Position numbers and translations under genes: made by a program
Notes under the pieces: generated by a model
Told to the model about the DNA's origin: nothing
What the model saw: only the letters and a program-made list of their open reading frames with translations
The model's database searches: none
Part shown: positions 28,993-38,248 of the stretch, piece by piece
Numbering within the stretch: position 1 is the stretch's first letter
Layout of the letters: each line of letters opens with the position of its first letter
Sequence record: SRR22947725_4399
Length of the DNA stretch: 39,843 bases
Reading direction: 5' to 3' (one strand)

Positions 28993-30879
28993 TTACTCTG
29001 CGACTGTTTCTAAAGGAACAGATTGACCGGACTCATCATGCAGACCATGGTGCTTGAATTCATACTCGTGAGAAGCAATTGAATTCAAACGATACTTCTT
29101 AACCAATTGATCTTGTTCAAGATCGACTTCATCACCAGGTTTTTTCCCGATAAGGATATTCGCCAATGGCGAAAGGTAACTGATGATACCATCTTCAGGT
29201 TCAGAATCCCAAGCTCCCAGAATGGTGTAAGTCTCTTCTTTCTTATTTGTAAGATCTGTTACTTTGACTAATGTGCCAGGGTTGACCACATCCGTTTGAA
29301 CCGCAGAAAAATCAGTACCACGAGCACGTGTGAGATCCGCTTCGAGTTCTGATTTCCGCTTCATGAGAAGTTTCTGCATTTCTTTAGCGGCTTTGTACTC
29401 GTGATTCTCTCGCAAGTCACCATAACTACGCGCAATGGCAATCTCCTTCGAGTTTTCTGGGATCTTCTTCTGAACGAGCTCGCCGTATTCACCTCGTCGG
29501 CGAAGTAGACTGTCCCAGGAAACAAGCAATCCTCGATCTTCGGAAGCAGATTGCTCGCCAGAGATGAGGGCTTGAATAGCTGGATAACATTTGACGATGC
29601 GTCCAAGAAGCGACCGCTTGTCCATGTCGTCAAAACATGAACTGAATTGCAAGGCACGAGTTAAATCTTTGACCACTTCCAAATCAGCCGTTTCGATCAA
29701 TTCAGGGATCAATTCTTGATCTCCCATGATAAAATCATTCAAACGACTGGTTTTCTTTTCGTTGAACTGATCACGCTCCATGGCTGTGATCATGGCACGG
29801 AAAACTTCCGGGCCGAGAATGTCAGCAAAGGCATCCGATCTGGTTTTACCCAACCAGAGCAACATCTCGCTGCTTGCTTGATGCTGATTAACAAGCCGTA
29901 AAAGGGTTTCCTTGGCACCTTCATGGCGGTCTTCATCGATGAGGAGATTTACGATTTCTCCAACCAATTTCATCTGAGCATTATTCAACAAATCGTGAAA
30001 ATCCTCTTCCCACTTTTCTTCGTGGTGCTGTTTGTAGGATCTCAGGGTCCGCTTGTTGCGCGTTGCAGCCAAGGCATCCATGAATGCCGGTAAATCTTCA
30101 ACCAGATCCCAGACAGCGATGTCTTCAATCTGACCTTCAACAGCCTCGATTCGCAGCCCTTCCCGCAAGTCATTGCGGGTAAAGATGGCGTCGAGTACCA
30201 ATTCAGGCTGATTCTTAATGTAATTTGGAATTTCGCCGTCCAGAAGTTGCATGGACTCCTCAAATGCCTCGGTGACATTTTCCAGATCATCCTGACTTTT
30301 CAATACTTCATTGGCGACAGCAAGTTTTGCTTTGAGCCCGCGAGCTGCTCGAATATCTCCCAGAAGCCGCTCCTGAAGGGAGGTAACCTCTTCGTTAAAT
30401 TCGATGGGATCTGACTTTTTGACCGGCACGCGAAAATGGCCATCTTTTTTAAGTTCCTTGCGAACGGCTTCCCACCACTTGCGCCAGTCTTCTTCAATGA
30501 CTTCTGGCACCAGGGCAGCTTGAATCTGAGCGACAGTGGCTTTGCCACCATGACTTTTCAAGACCAGCTTGATTAAATCCATATGACTGACAGCAGCCAT
30601 TTGCTTCAGTCCATCCAAATCAGTAGCCACCTTGACCAGAACATGGTCCTTGGCCAATGGTGTTAGTGATTTGGCTGAAAAGCCAAGGTCCATTGAATGT
30701 CCGGTTTTATCCGGAAAATCAATTAAGAACCGTGAAAACACGGTGTCCACGGTAGTTATCTTGCCCAACCCCCAAGTGCGATGGGTGCAATACCCACTTT
30801 CTGTCAGTTGCTCCAAGGCATCCAGGTCCTTAGATCTGATCTTCCCTTCGGAGGCCAACTTTTCAAATTCCTCTCTCAT
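28993..30879 (-). CDS. greA: Transcription elongation factor GreA with large N-terminal extension
   Basis: C-terminal ~170 aa GreA domain (IAIARSYGDLRENHEYKAAK, YTILGAWD, ISYLSPL, GKKPGDEV); ~450-aa N-terminal extension; GAGGA SD upstream. Confidence 0.9.
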   Translation of the reverse strand: MREEFEKLASEGKIRSKDLDALEQLTESGYCTHRTWGLGKITTVDTVFSRFLIDFPDKTGHSMDLGFSAKSLTPLAKDHVLVKVATDLDGLKQMAAVSHMDLIKLVLKSHGGKATVAQIQAALVPEVIEEDWRKWWEAVRKELKKDGHFRVPVKKSDPIEFNEEVTSLQERLLGDIRAARGLKAKLAVANEVLKSQDDLENVTEAFEESMQLLDGEIPNYIKNQPELVLDAIFTRNDLREGLRIEAVEGQIEDIAVWDLVEDLPAFMDALAATRNKRTLRSYKQHHEEKWEEDFHDLLNNAQMKLVGEIVNLLIDEDRHEGAKETLLRLVNQHQASSEMLLWLGKTRSDAFADILGPEVFRAMITAMERDQFNEKKTSRLNDFIMGDQELIPELIETADLEVVKDLTRALQFSSCFDDMDKRSLLGRIVKCYPAIQALISGEQSASEDRGLLVSWDSLLRRRGEYGELVQKKIPENSKEIAIARSYGDLRENHEYKAAKEMQKLLMKRKSELEADLTRARGTDFSAVQTDVVNPGTLVKVTDLTNKKEETYTILGAWDSEPEDGIISYLSPLANILIGKKPGDEVDLEQDQLVKKYRLNSIASHEYEFKHHGLHDESGQSVPLETVAE

Positions 30880-30931
30880 AGTCCTCGTAAATAGCTCGCT
30901 TCAAACGTCGAAATGACATTATTACTCAGCC

Positions 30932-32239
30932 GTGCAACAAAAACCAAGACAAATTGCGGCTCGAATACTTTTCGAATGGGAAGCAGGCAATCAATTCGCG
31001 GAGTCCGTCCTACGCGAACAGCTCTCTCAATCAAGTCTGAAGCCCATTGACCGCCATATGGTGCAGGAAATGGTCTTTGGAGTGATCCGCAACATGATCC
31101 TGCTGGATACGTGGATTGATGAAAAAGCAACCCGCCCGCCAGGAAAAACACGTACACGCACCATACTGAGGCTTGGGCTTTATCAAATTGCATTCATGGA
31201 TCGCATCCCTGAGCATGCCGCGGTTCATGAGACGGTAGCAACTGCCCGAGATCTCCGCTTGAACTCACAATCAGGATTTATCAATGCGATCTTGCGTGGA
31301 TTCCTGAGAGAAAAAGAAAATTTCCTGAAGCAACTTGAGGACTGGAAAACAACGCAGGCGAATATTGCCTACTCGCATCCAAATTGGCTTTTCAAGAAAT
31401 GGAAAAAGCAATTTGGTGACATCGAGGCAAATAAGCTACTTCAGTGGAACAATCAAATCCCCTCATCCTATGCGCGCTGGAATCCATTGTGTGGAAACCT
31501 CGAAGAGCTCGAGCTCGCGTGGAATGAAGAAGGAGTCGTTCGTAAAGAAGTTCATTTCCCTTGGAGCGAAGACGCCAAGATATATCGGATCGTTTCATTC
31601 CCAAGGCAGCCTGATCAATTGGAGAGCTTTAAAAAAGGACTCTTTTACTTGCAGGATCCGAGCACCTTACTGGCGGTACATCTCATCAATGCCAAACCAG
31701 ATGAATCCATCCTGGATTCCTGTGCAGCACCGGGTGGGAAAACCTGTGCCATGGCGGTAACGATGAAAAACACCGGAACCATCGTGGCGGCAGATCCTGA
31801 TCAAGGTCGATTGAGGCGCCTTTGTGAAAACACGGAACGTCTCGCCGTCTCAAACACCATCGTGACACTCAATGTAAGCAAGGCTACGAATGATCTACCC
31901 ACGTCCTTTGATGCCATCTTGATTGATGCACCCTGCTCTAACAGTGGCGTCATGCGACGCCGATTGGATGTTCGATGGCGCTTGTCCGTACAAGAGATCA
32001 AGAGCATCACTGAGCAACAGGTGGCTATTCTCAAGGAAAACGCAAACCTGTTAAAACCCGGGGGGCGGCTCGTTTACAGCACATGTAGTCTGGAACCGGA
32101 AGAGAACCATCAAATCGTGGCGCAGTTCCTTGAAGAAAACACCTCTTTCCAAATGGTCGAAGAAAAGCAATTAACGCCCTTTGAACACGGTGTGGACGGT
32201 GCCTATGCAGCCAAGCTAGTACTCAATCAACCTCAATGA
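30932..32239 (+). CDS. rsmB: 16S rRNA m5C967 methyltransferase RsmB (Sun/Fmu)
   Basis: NusB-like N-terminus (LRLGLYQ, HAAVHETV, GFINAILR), SHP.WL, QD, CAAPGGKT, DAPCS.SGV.RR, YSTCS..PEEN. Confidence 0.93.
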   Translation: MQQKPRQIAARILFEWEAGNQFAESVLREQLSQSSLKPIDRHMVQEMVFGVIRNMILLDTWIDEKATRPPGKTRTRTILRLGLYQIAFMDRIPEHAAVHETVATARDLRLNSQSGFINAILRGFLREKENFLKQLEDWKTTQANIAYSHPNWLFKKWKKQFGDIEANKLLQWNNQIPSSYARWNPLCGNLEELELAWNEEGVVRKEVHFPWSEDAKIYRIVSFPRQPDQLESFKKGLFYLQDPSTLLAVHLINAKPDESILDSCAAPGGKTCAMAVTMKNTGTIVAADPDQGRLRRLCENTERLAVSNTIVTLNVSKATNDLPTSFDAILIDAPCSNSGVMRRRLDVRWRLSVQEIKSITEQQVAILKENANLLKPGGRLVYSTCSLEPEENHQIVAQFLEENTSFQMVEEKQLTPFEHGVDGAYAAKLVLNQPQ

Positions 32240-33044
32240 GTTTTCCAGAAGCCCAAAGACAAAGTCGTTTCATGATCTCAAGATTGTCATCGTTTTCGAC
32301 TAGATTTCCACCAAGGCCTCTGCCAGCCAGAACAGAATTAATAATCCATCCAGAGTCGGTAACCACAACCAATCTACCTTTACCAAAGCCAGCGCCGGCC
32401 AACAGGGCGCCTTCCGCATCTCGCATGCCGTTCAGAGGAGGCTGATTGAGATCATTTTGAACAATCCAGTGCTCCACGTTTTTGGACTCGGTGAGTTGAA
32501 TCTGGTTTCCGGTGTAATACGCCCACTTCAGTCCACCTAAAACAGGGGTGTCTCTCGGGATATTCAAACCTTTGGCATCCGTGTAATTCTCCGCCCATTG
32601 CATTCCAAAGTGATTGAGGAATTGATTGACCTTTTCGGTTTCCAAGTTGTGATTTTCCTGATTTCCCATGATGATGACTCCCCCTCCATTCCGAATGAAT
32701 TGAAGCAATTCTTTACGGTCTGGTGCATCAAGCTTGGCTGGAGGTGGGTTGCCGTTGACTGGATGAGCACTTGGATTGGAGATCAGGACTAAGTCCACAT
32801 CCTTTAGTTTTTCTCTGGAAAGACGTGCCGCATGCACCCGAACATCAAAGTCAGCACTCAATTGTTTGATCACTGCGCTATAAGTGCCATCAGGAAGGTA
32901 GCGTTCTTCTCCTTCAGCGTTGTAATAACGACTGTAAAGCAATACCGGTTTACTATCCCCTCCCCTGAGTTCAAAACAGGCGAGGAACAGGATAGCGCTA
33001 CACAAGGAAGTTGAGATTTGAATCCTCAGGACGCGTGAAATCAT
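32223..33044 (-). CDS. Secreted class I glutamine-amidotransferase-like fold protein (DUF4350/GIFT-like)
   Basis: Signal-peptide-like start MISRVLR..; LKDVDLVLISNP, FIRNGGGVIIMG, NQFLNHFG, GKGRLVVVTDSG pattern; 3' end overlaps rsmB 3' end by 17 nt. Confidence 0.65.
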   Translation of the reverse strand: MISRVLRIQISTSLCSAILFLACFELRGGDSKPVLLYSRYYNAEGEERYLPDGTYSAVIKQLSADFDVRVHAARLSREKLKDVDLVLISNPSAHPVNGNPPPAKLDAPDRKELLQFIRNGGGVIIMGNQENHNLETEKVNQFLNHFGMQWAENYTDAKGLNIPRDTPVLGGLKWAYYTGNQIQLTESKNVEHWIVQNDLNQPPLNGMRDAEGALLAGAGFGKGRLVVVTDSGWIINSVLAGRGLGGNLVENDDNLEIMKRLCLWASGKLIEVD

Positions 33045-33083
33045 GGGATCAGACTGCCCAAGACATCTGCATGAATCCAGTAA

Positions 33084-33217
33084 ATTCAAATTTCATGGAA
33101 ACATCTGGTTACACAAAGATTACTCCCTGGTATCCTTACAAATTCCATTCCAACAGACAACTTCGCACATCCTTTACAAACACACCAGGATACATCCATG
33201 TTCCCATGATTCTGAAT
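33084..33217 (-). ncRNA. Candidate structured RNA element of unknown family
   Basis: Nested inverted repeats forming a long rod; imperfect pairs read as G-U on the minus strand (see findings). Confidence 0.45.
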
Positions 33218-33261
33218 AAAGAAGTCTTTGATCAAATCAAGAGCGTGTGCCCACAGCCTCT

Positions 33262-36180
33262 TCAGGTCAGCATGCTTTTGAGGTACTTACCTGTATGACT
33301 GAGCTCCACCTGAGAAACATCTTCGGGAGTTCCCTCTGCGACGATTTCTCCTCCGCCAGATCCACCTTCAGGACCAAGATCAATCACCCAGTCAGCTGTT
33401 TTAATGACATCTAAATTGTGTTCAATAACAACCAGGGTATTGCCAGCCTGTCGCAATCGATTCATGACACTCAGCAAGGTGGCTACATCATGAAAGTGCA
33501 GGCCGGTGGTGGGTTCATCGAATATGTAAAGCGTCCTTCCCGAGGTTCGCTTGCCCAACTCGGCAGCCAGTTTCACACGCTGGGCTTCACCGCCACTCAG
33601 AGTGGTAGCAGATTGACCTAGACGCAAATACCCAAGACCGACTTCTGCCAGCGTCAAACAGGGTTCGCATATCTTCGGAACGGCTCGGAAAAAGGTAGCT
33701 GCTTCATCGATAGTCATGTCCAGCACATCAGCAATGGTTCTGCCCTTGTAATTGATTTCAAGCGTTTCACGATTATAGCGCTTTCCGTAGCAGGCCTCGC
33801 AGGTCACGTAAACCGCAGGAAGAAAATGCATCTCAATCTTGATCAAGCCATCACCCTGACATTTCTCGCAACGCCCCCCTTTGACATTGAAGCTGAATCG
33901 ACTCGATTCGTAACCCCTGATACGCGAAGAGGGCAAGCGAGCAAATAAGTCTCGAATCTGATTAAAAATACCAGTGTAGGTTGCAGGGTTACTTCGAGGG
34001 GTACGACCAATCGGGCTTTGATTCATCACAATGATTTTAGAAAATTTCTCATCACCGTAAATCGCTTGGTGTTTCCCCGGGCGATCTTTGGCTCCATACC
34101 ATTTTCGCATCAGGGTTTTCCTGAGAATGCCATCGATCAGCGTACTTTTACCGGAACCACTTACACCGGTCACACAGGTCAGCAACCCCAGAGGAATCCT
34201 GACATCAATGTTCTTCAAATTGTTCTCAGTCGCCCCCTTGATCGTCAGATAACCCTTGTCAGGAGTTGGAATGATTCGATTCGAAGGAACGTCAATCGAA
34301 AACACGCCTGAAAGATATTTCCCTGTGAAGGATCTCTCGGAGCCCAGTATATCATCCACCGTGCCGTACGCCACAACCTCGCCTCCATTAACCCCTGCTC
34401 CGGGGCCCATGTCCACCACGTAATCTGCCCTCCGGATGGTGTCCTCATCATGCTCGACTACCAACACTGAATTCCCAAGATCCCTCAGACGAATCAGTGT
34501 TTCCAATAATCGATCATTGTCACGCTGATGCAATCCAATGCTCGGCTCATCCAGAATATACAACACACCAACCAATCCACCCCCAATTTGGGTTGCCAAG
34601 CGAATTCGCTGCGCCTCCCCTCCGCTCAAAGTTCCGCTTTCACGGTCCAGACTCAGGTAGCCAAGCCCTACTTCATTGAGGAATTTCAATCGTGTCAAAA
34701 CCTCCTGTACAAGGTCTCCTGCAATCTTGTATTGAAATTCGTCCAACTTGAGATGCTCGAAAAACTCTTGCAACTGTTCAATGGTCAGATGACAGATATC
34801 CATGATCGATAGACCCGGAATATCTGGAAATGCCAGTTTTTTGAATTTGGATTTCTCGAAAAGAGAGAGATCACCCAGAGTAGCAGAAAGGATCTCAGGA
34901 CGTAATCTCAGGCCATGACAGGACTCACAGGCAATAGGGCTCATGTAAGCCTTCAAACGATTTCGGGAGGACTCGCTTTCGCTTTCTTCAAATTGCCTCT
35001 CCAGCATGGGGATCAAGCCTTCGAAGGCACGCTTATGCACGCGCCTTGTGGCCCCTGTCCCGGTCTGAAAAGAAATCAACTCCTCGCCTGAACCATAAAG
35101 TATTGTTTCCTTAAAAGCGGCCTTCAAATTCTTAAAGGGCGCATCCATGCTCTGTTTATAATGAGAGGAAAGCCCCTTGATCATGGCGTCATAGAGAGCT
35201 ATTTGAGCCTTAGGCACTTTGTAGAATGGCAGAACGGCTCCCTGCTCGAGTGTTTTCTTCGTATCGGGAATGATCAACTCAGGATCAAACTCCATCTGTT
35301 GTCCCAGCCCATGACACGCCTCGCACGCACCCGATAGAGAATTAAATGAGAAATGCTTGGCTTCAAGCCGCTCGTAAGTACGCCCTGTTTCCGGGCTGTA
35401 GAGGCGATTGGAGCGAGTCGACTCTTCCCAAAGCGCTCGGGCACGATCCTCCGGTTTTTGATAAAGCAATTGCACGATCCCATCTCCCCAGCGCAATGCC
35501 GTTTCAACGGAATCCGCTAATCGAACTCTTACCTTGTCCTGCACTACCAATCGATCCACTACAACTTCAAGCGATTCGGAAACACCCGCTTCCAATACAT
35601 CGGGAGACAATGCGCCCAATTCATGAAAGGCTCCATCAATGCGAACTCTCACGAACCCCTCACGTGCCAGACGTTCCAAACTCGGCTTGAGAGTCTCAGT
35701 CTTTTGAATATTAATCGGTGCAAGCACCATCACCCGGGTGCGCTCCGATAGCTTCATGACTTCATCCACAATGTCGGTGGTTGTTTGATGGTAAATCGGA
35801 TTCCCCGTGTCCGGACAATAAGGCTGTGCGACGTTGGCGAAAAGCAAGCGCAGGTAGTCGTAAATCTCAGTGGTCGTGGCAATAGTCGATCGAGGGTTGG
35901 CTGCAGAACCTCTTTGCTCAATGGCGATGGCCGGAGAAAGGCCTTCAATGAAATCAACATCAGGCTTCTGCATTTGGTCCAGAAACTGACGGGCATACGA
36001 GGAAAGGGATTCAACATACTTACGCCTCCCTTCGGCAAAGATGGTATCGAATGCCAGAGACGATTTCCCCGACCCGCTCAAACCGGTAAAAACGACCAAG
36101 CGATTGCGGGGAACGTTCAGTGAAACATTCTTGAGATTATGCTCCCTGGCCCCTCCGATACGTATCCATTCCTGCCCCAT
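33262..36180 (-). CDS. uvrA: Excinuclease ABC subunit A
   Basis: GAREHNLKN, GLSGSGKSSLAFDT, LSGGEAQRIRLATQIG, GVSGSGKST, GRTPRSNP, CEKC..CEAC, LSGGEAQRVKLA, DLGPEGG. Confidence 0.98.
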   Translation of the reverse strand: MGQEWIRIGGAREHNLKNVSLNVPRNRLVVFTGLSGSGKSSLAFDTIFAEGRRKYVESLSSYARQFLDQMQKPDVDFIEGLSPAIAIEQRGSAANPRSTIATTTEIYDYLRLLFANVAQPYCPDTGNPIYHQTTTDIVDEVMKLSERTRVMVLAPINIQKTETLKPSLERLAREGFVRVRIDGAFHELGALSPDVLEAGVSESLEVVVDRLVVQDKVRVRLADSVETALRWGDGIVQLLYQKPEDRARALWEESTRSNRLYSPETGRTYERLEAKHFSFNSLSGACEACHGLGQQMEFDPELIIPDTKKTLEQGAVLPFYKVPKAQIALYDAMIKGLSSHYKQSMDAPFKNLKAAFKETILYGSGEELISFQTGTGATRRVHKRAFEGLIPMLERQFEESESESSRNRLKAYMSPIACESCHGLRLRPEILSATLGDLSLFEKSKFKKLAFPDIPGLSIMDICHLTIEQLQEFFEHLKLDEFQYKIAGDLVQEVLTRLKFLNEVGLGYLSLDRESGTLSGGEAQRIRLATQIGGGLVGVLYILDEPSIGLHQRDNDRLLETLIRLRDLGNSVLVVEHDEDTIRRADYVVDMGPGAGVNGGEVVAYGTVDDILGSERSFTGKYLSGVFSIDVPSNRIIPTPDKGYLTIKGATENNLKNIDVRIPLGLLTCVTGVSGSGKSTLIDGILRKTLMRKWYGAKDRPGKHQAIYGDEKFSKIIVMNQSPIGRTPRSNPATYTGIFNQIRDLFARLPSSRIRGYESSRFSFNVKGGRCEKCQGDGLIKIEMHFLPAVYVTCEACYGKRYNRETLEINYKGRTIADVLDMTIDEAATFFRAVPKICEPCLTLAEVGLGYLRLGQSATTLSGGEAQRVKLAAELGKRTSGRTLYIFDEPTTGLHFHDVATLLSVMNRLRQAGNTLVVIEHNLDVIKTADWVIDLGPEGGSGGGEIVAEGTPEDVSQVELSHTGKYLKSMLT

Positions 36181-36440
36181 ATTTTTGAATTTGTAATTCT
36201 AACTAAAGGTCAAGATTAGCGCTTCCATTTGAGCCGGACAAACAAAATAGGAGTATCAATGAGCCATGGAATGGTCCCCCGATCATTGAAACGCCACATT
36301 AGCTGCAGGGGAAGATGATACCAGCTTATCCCCGCTCCCCCCAAACAAAGCCAGCGCCGATACCCAGGGGCATCATTCAGGTTCCCATCCGATGCTTTTC
36401 CGACAAAAACAATACGGCCCGACTACAAAATAAATATCGA

Positions 36441-38213
36441 TCAATGGTTTGAGGTTTTCAATTCAGGCTCAGGATCAATCTCGAGCTTGAACTTCCGAAA
36501 CCTGACTTCCATCGGACCTCCAGAGTGCGCTTGCAGCGCCACAATACCCTGTAGCGCGCCGTCGGAATCCTTTAAATCCACACATTTATTTCCGTTGATG
36601 GCTGTTTGTATGTAGTGATCTACGGCCAGGATTTCATAGGTGTTCCACGCTTCCTCTCGGATGTGCCTATCTCCAGGTTGATCCCACAGCAAAGCTCGTC
36701 CCAATTCTTCGTATAGTTTCCCCCACCATCCTTGGCCTGCATCAGCCTGATACCCCTGAACCTCACCATGCTCCGCAGGCTGGCTTCTGAACTGGATGCC
36801 ACTGTTCTCACTGTTGGGTATTAACTTGACCTGAAAAGTCAGTCGGAAATCTTTCAGGACCATATCGCTCTTGAGAAATTCATTACGCTTAAGCCCTGTT
36901 TTGGTCTCTCCCACGATCTCACCATTTTCAACGCGCCAGACAGATTCTTCCCCATTCCACCCGATCAGGTCTTTGCCATTGAAAAACAAGTCAACATTCT
37001 CTTTGGAGCCCAACAGAGGTGCTTGTGCAGACTGACGCAGGTAATACAGGAGGTCACGAATTTCCTGATCCTTGAACGGCGCCAATAATCCTTCGGGCAT
37101 CATGGACAATTCACTCTGCAGATTGGATTCAATTTGATCATGCGCAACCAGCACTGTTTCAGTTGCGGTGATGATTTTGAGCGAATTGCCGGTCCGCTCC
37201 TGAATCACACCAGTAATCACTCGGCCATCTGCGGTTTCAATCTCAGAGGTGCGATAATCATTGGGAATCACCGCATTGGGGTCCACAATATTTTGGAGAA
37301 GGTAATCGAGGTTTTGACGATCCGATCCAGTGATATCGGGTCCCACCTTGCCGCCGACACCAAACAAGGTATGACACTGCTGACACGCTCGAGCAAAGAC
37401 AGCGCGACCTTTCGCAGCATCCCCGGGTGATGACCCGCCTGCGTAGTAAATACGTTTAAACTTTTCGATTTCAGATTTTTTATCCGCGCTACTTTCCCTG
37501 AAGGTGCCCCACAGTGATTCCAACTGAATATTGATATCATCCTTTTTAAGGTTCCGAAGTTCGCGTACGAGACTCGCTGAGAGATCCTTTTTTGGAATAA
37601 GTCCACTTTCAACACCACTGATCAGATGCGCCGCATAGGGCGCTCTAGATGCCAGAACACTCAAGGCCTTCTGTTTTTCAGTTCCTGTCAATTCACGGTA
37701 AACTTTCAGTAATGCGGGGGGTGTTTCAGTTTGATTAAACCGAGCCAGATGTCGGATCGTTTCGGAACGCACCGCAGGGTCCGCTATCAATTTCAATAAT
37801 GCACCGGGCAATTGAGGATCATTGGTCTGAACCAGAGCATTCAACGCGTTGACACGCTCGGAAGCAGGCGCACCTTGATCCTTGAGCACAGTTCGTAATG
37901 CATCGAGTGCCGCTTCACTTCCAAACGTTAATGAGAGCGAACGCACCAAGACCCGCACTTCGCCATTTGAACTTTTACCCAGTTTTGATTCCAGGCTGCC
38001 CCAACCTTCCGGCATGTCCGCCTCACTCCGCCCTTTCAAGGCCTGACTGATACCTCGCAGCACATCCAACTGAAAAGATGTATCCTGACTTTGACTCAGG
38101 AGTGTGACCAGGGGTTCCAGTGCATTGGAACGAACAATCTGAGTCTGCATGATGGACAGGCTCAACACCGCCGCAATCATCGGGGAATTCAACTGGAATT
38201 TAAAAATACTCAT
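36441..38213 (-). CDS. Exported HEAT-repeat + PVC-type cytochrome c + DUF1080 (3-keto-glycoside hydrolase-like) protein
   Basis: Own hydrophobic leader; CQQCH, VGPDITG, SMMPEGL; C-terminal FNGKDLIGW..W.VENGEIVG, NSGIQFRS, GYQAD, WNTYEI, GIVALQAH, VRFR. Confidence 0.87.
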   Translation of the reverse strand: MSIFKFQLNSPMIAAVLSLSIMQTQIVRSNALEPLVTLLSQSQDTSFQLDVLRGISQALKGRSEADMPEGWGSLESKLGKSSNGEVRVLVRSLSLTFGSEAALDALRTVLKDQGAPASERVNALNALVQTNDPQLPGALLKLIADPAVRSETIRHLARFNQTETPPALLKVYRELTGTEKQKALSVLASRAPYAAHLISGVESGLIPKKDLSASLVRELRNLKKDDINIQLESLWGTFRESSADKKSEIEKFKRIYYAGGSSPGDAAKGRAVFARACQQCHTLFGVGGKVGPDITGSDRQNLDYLLQNIVDPNAVIPNDYRTSEIETADGRVITGVIQERTGNSLKIITATETVLVAHDQIESNLQSELSMMPEGLLAPFKDQEIRDLLYYLRQSAQAPLLGSKENVDLFFNGKDLIGWNGEESVWRVENGEIVGETKTGLKRNEFLKSDMVLKDFRLTFQVKLIPNSENSGIQFRSQPAEHGEVQGYQADAGQGWWGKLYEELGRALLWDQPGDRHIREEAWNTYEILAVDHYIQTAINGNKCVDLKDSDGALQGIVALQAHSGGPMEVRFRKFKLEIDPEPELKTSNH

Positions 38214-38248
38214 TTTTCTTTCAGGGAATAAAGGTTCAAGAACGGGTC

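Noticed and set aside
13991..32239. prfC, ABC-F, arfB, greA and rsmB as one gene-expression rescue system
   Set aside because: Spread over 18 kb on both strands with unrelated genes between; ordinary housekeeping scatter
33126..33190. 6S RNA call for the uvrA-downstream fold (TCCTGGTGTG..ACCAGGGA resembles 6S closing stems)
   Set aside because: Only about 48 nt lie between these arms, far too short for the 6S central bubble and inner stem
36181..36440. LexA box upstream of uvrA
   Set aside because: No TGTTC-N4-GAACA (Verrucomicrobia-type as I recall it), CTGT-N8-ACAG or GAAC-N4-GTTC palindrome seen
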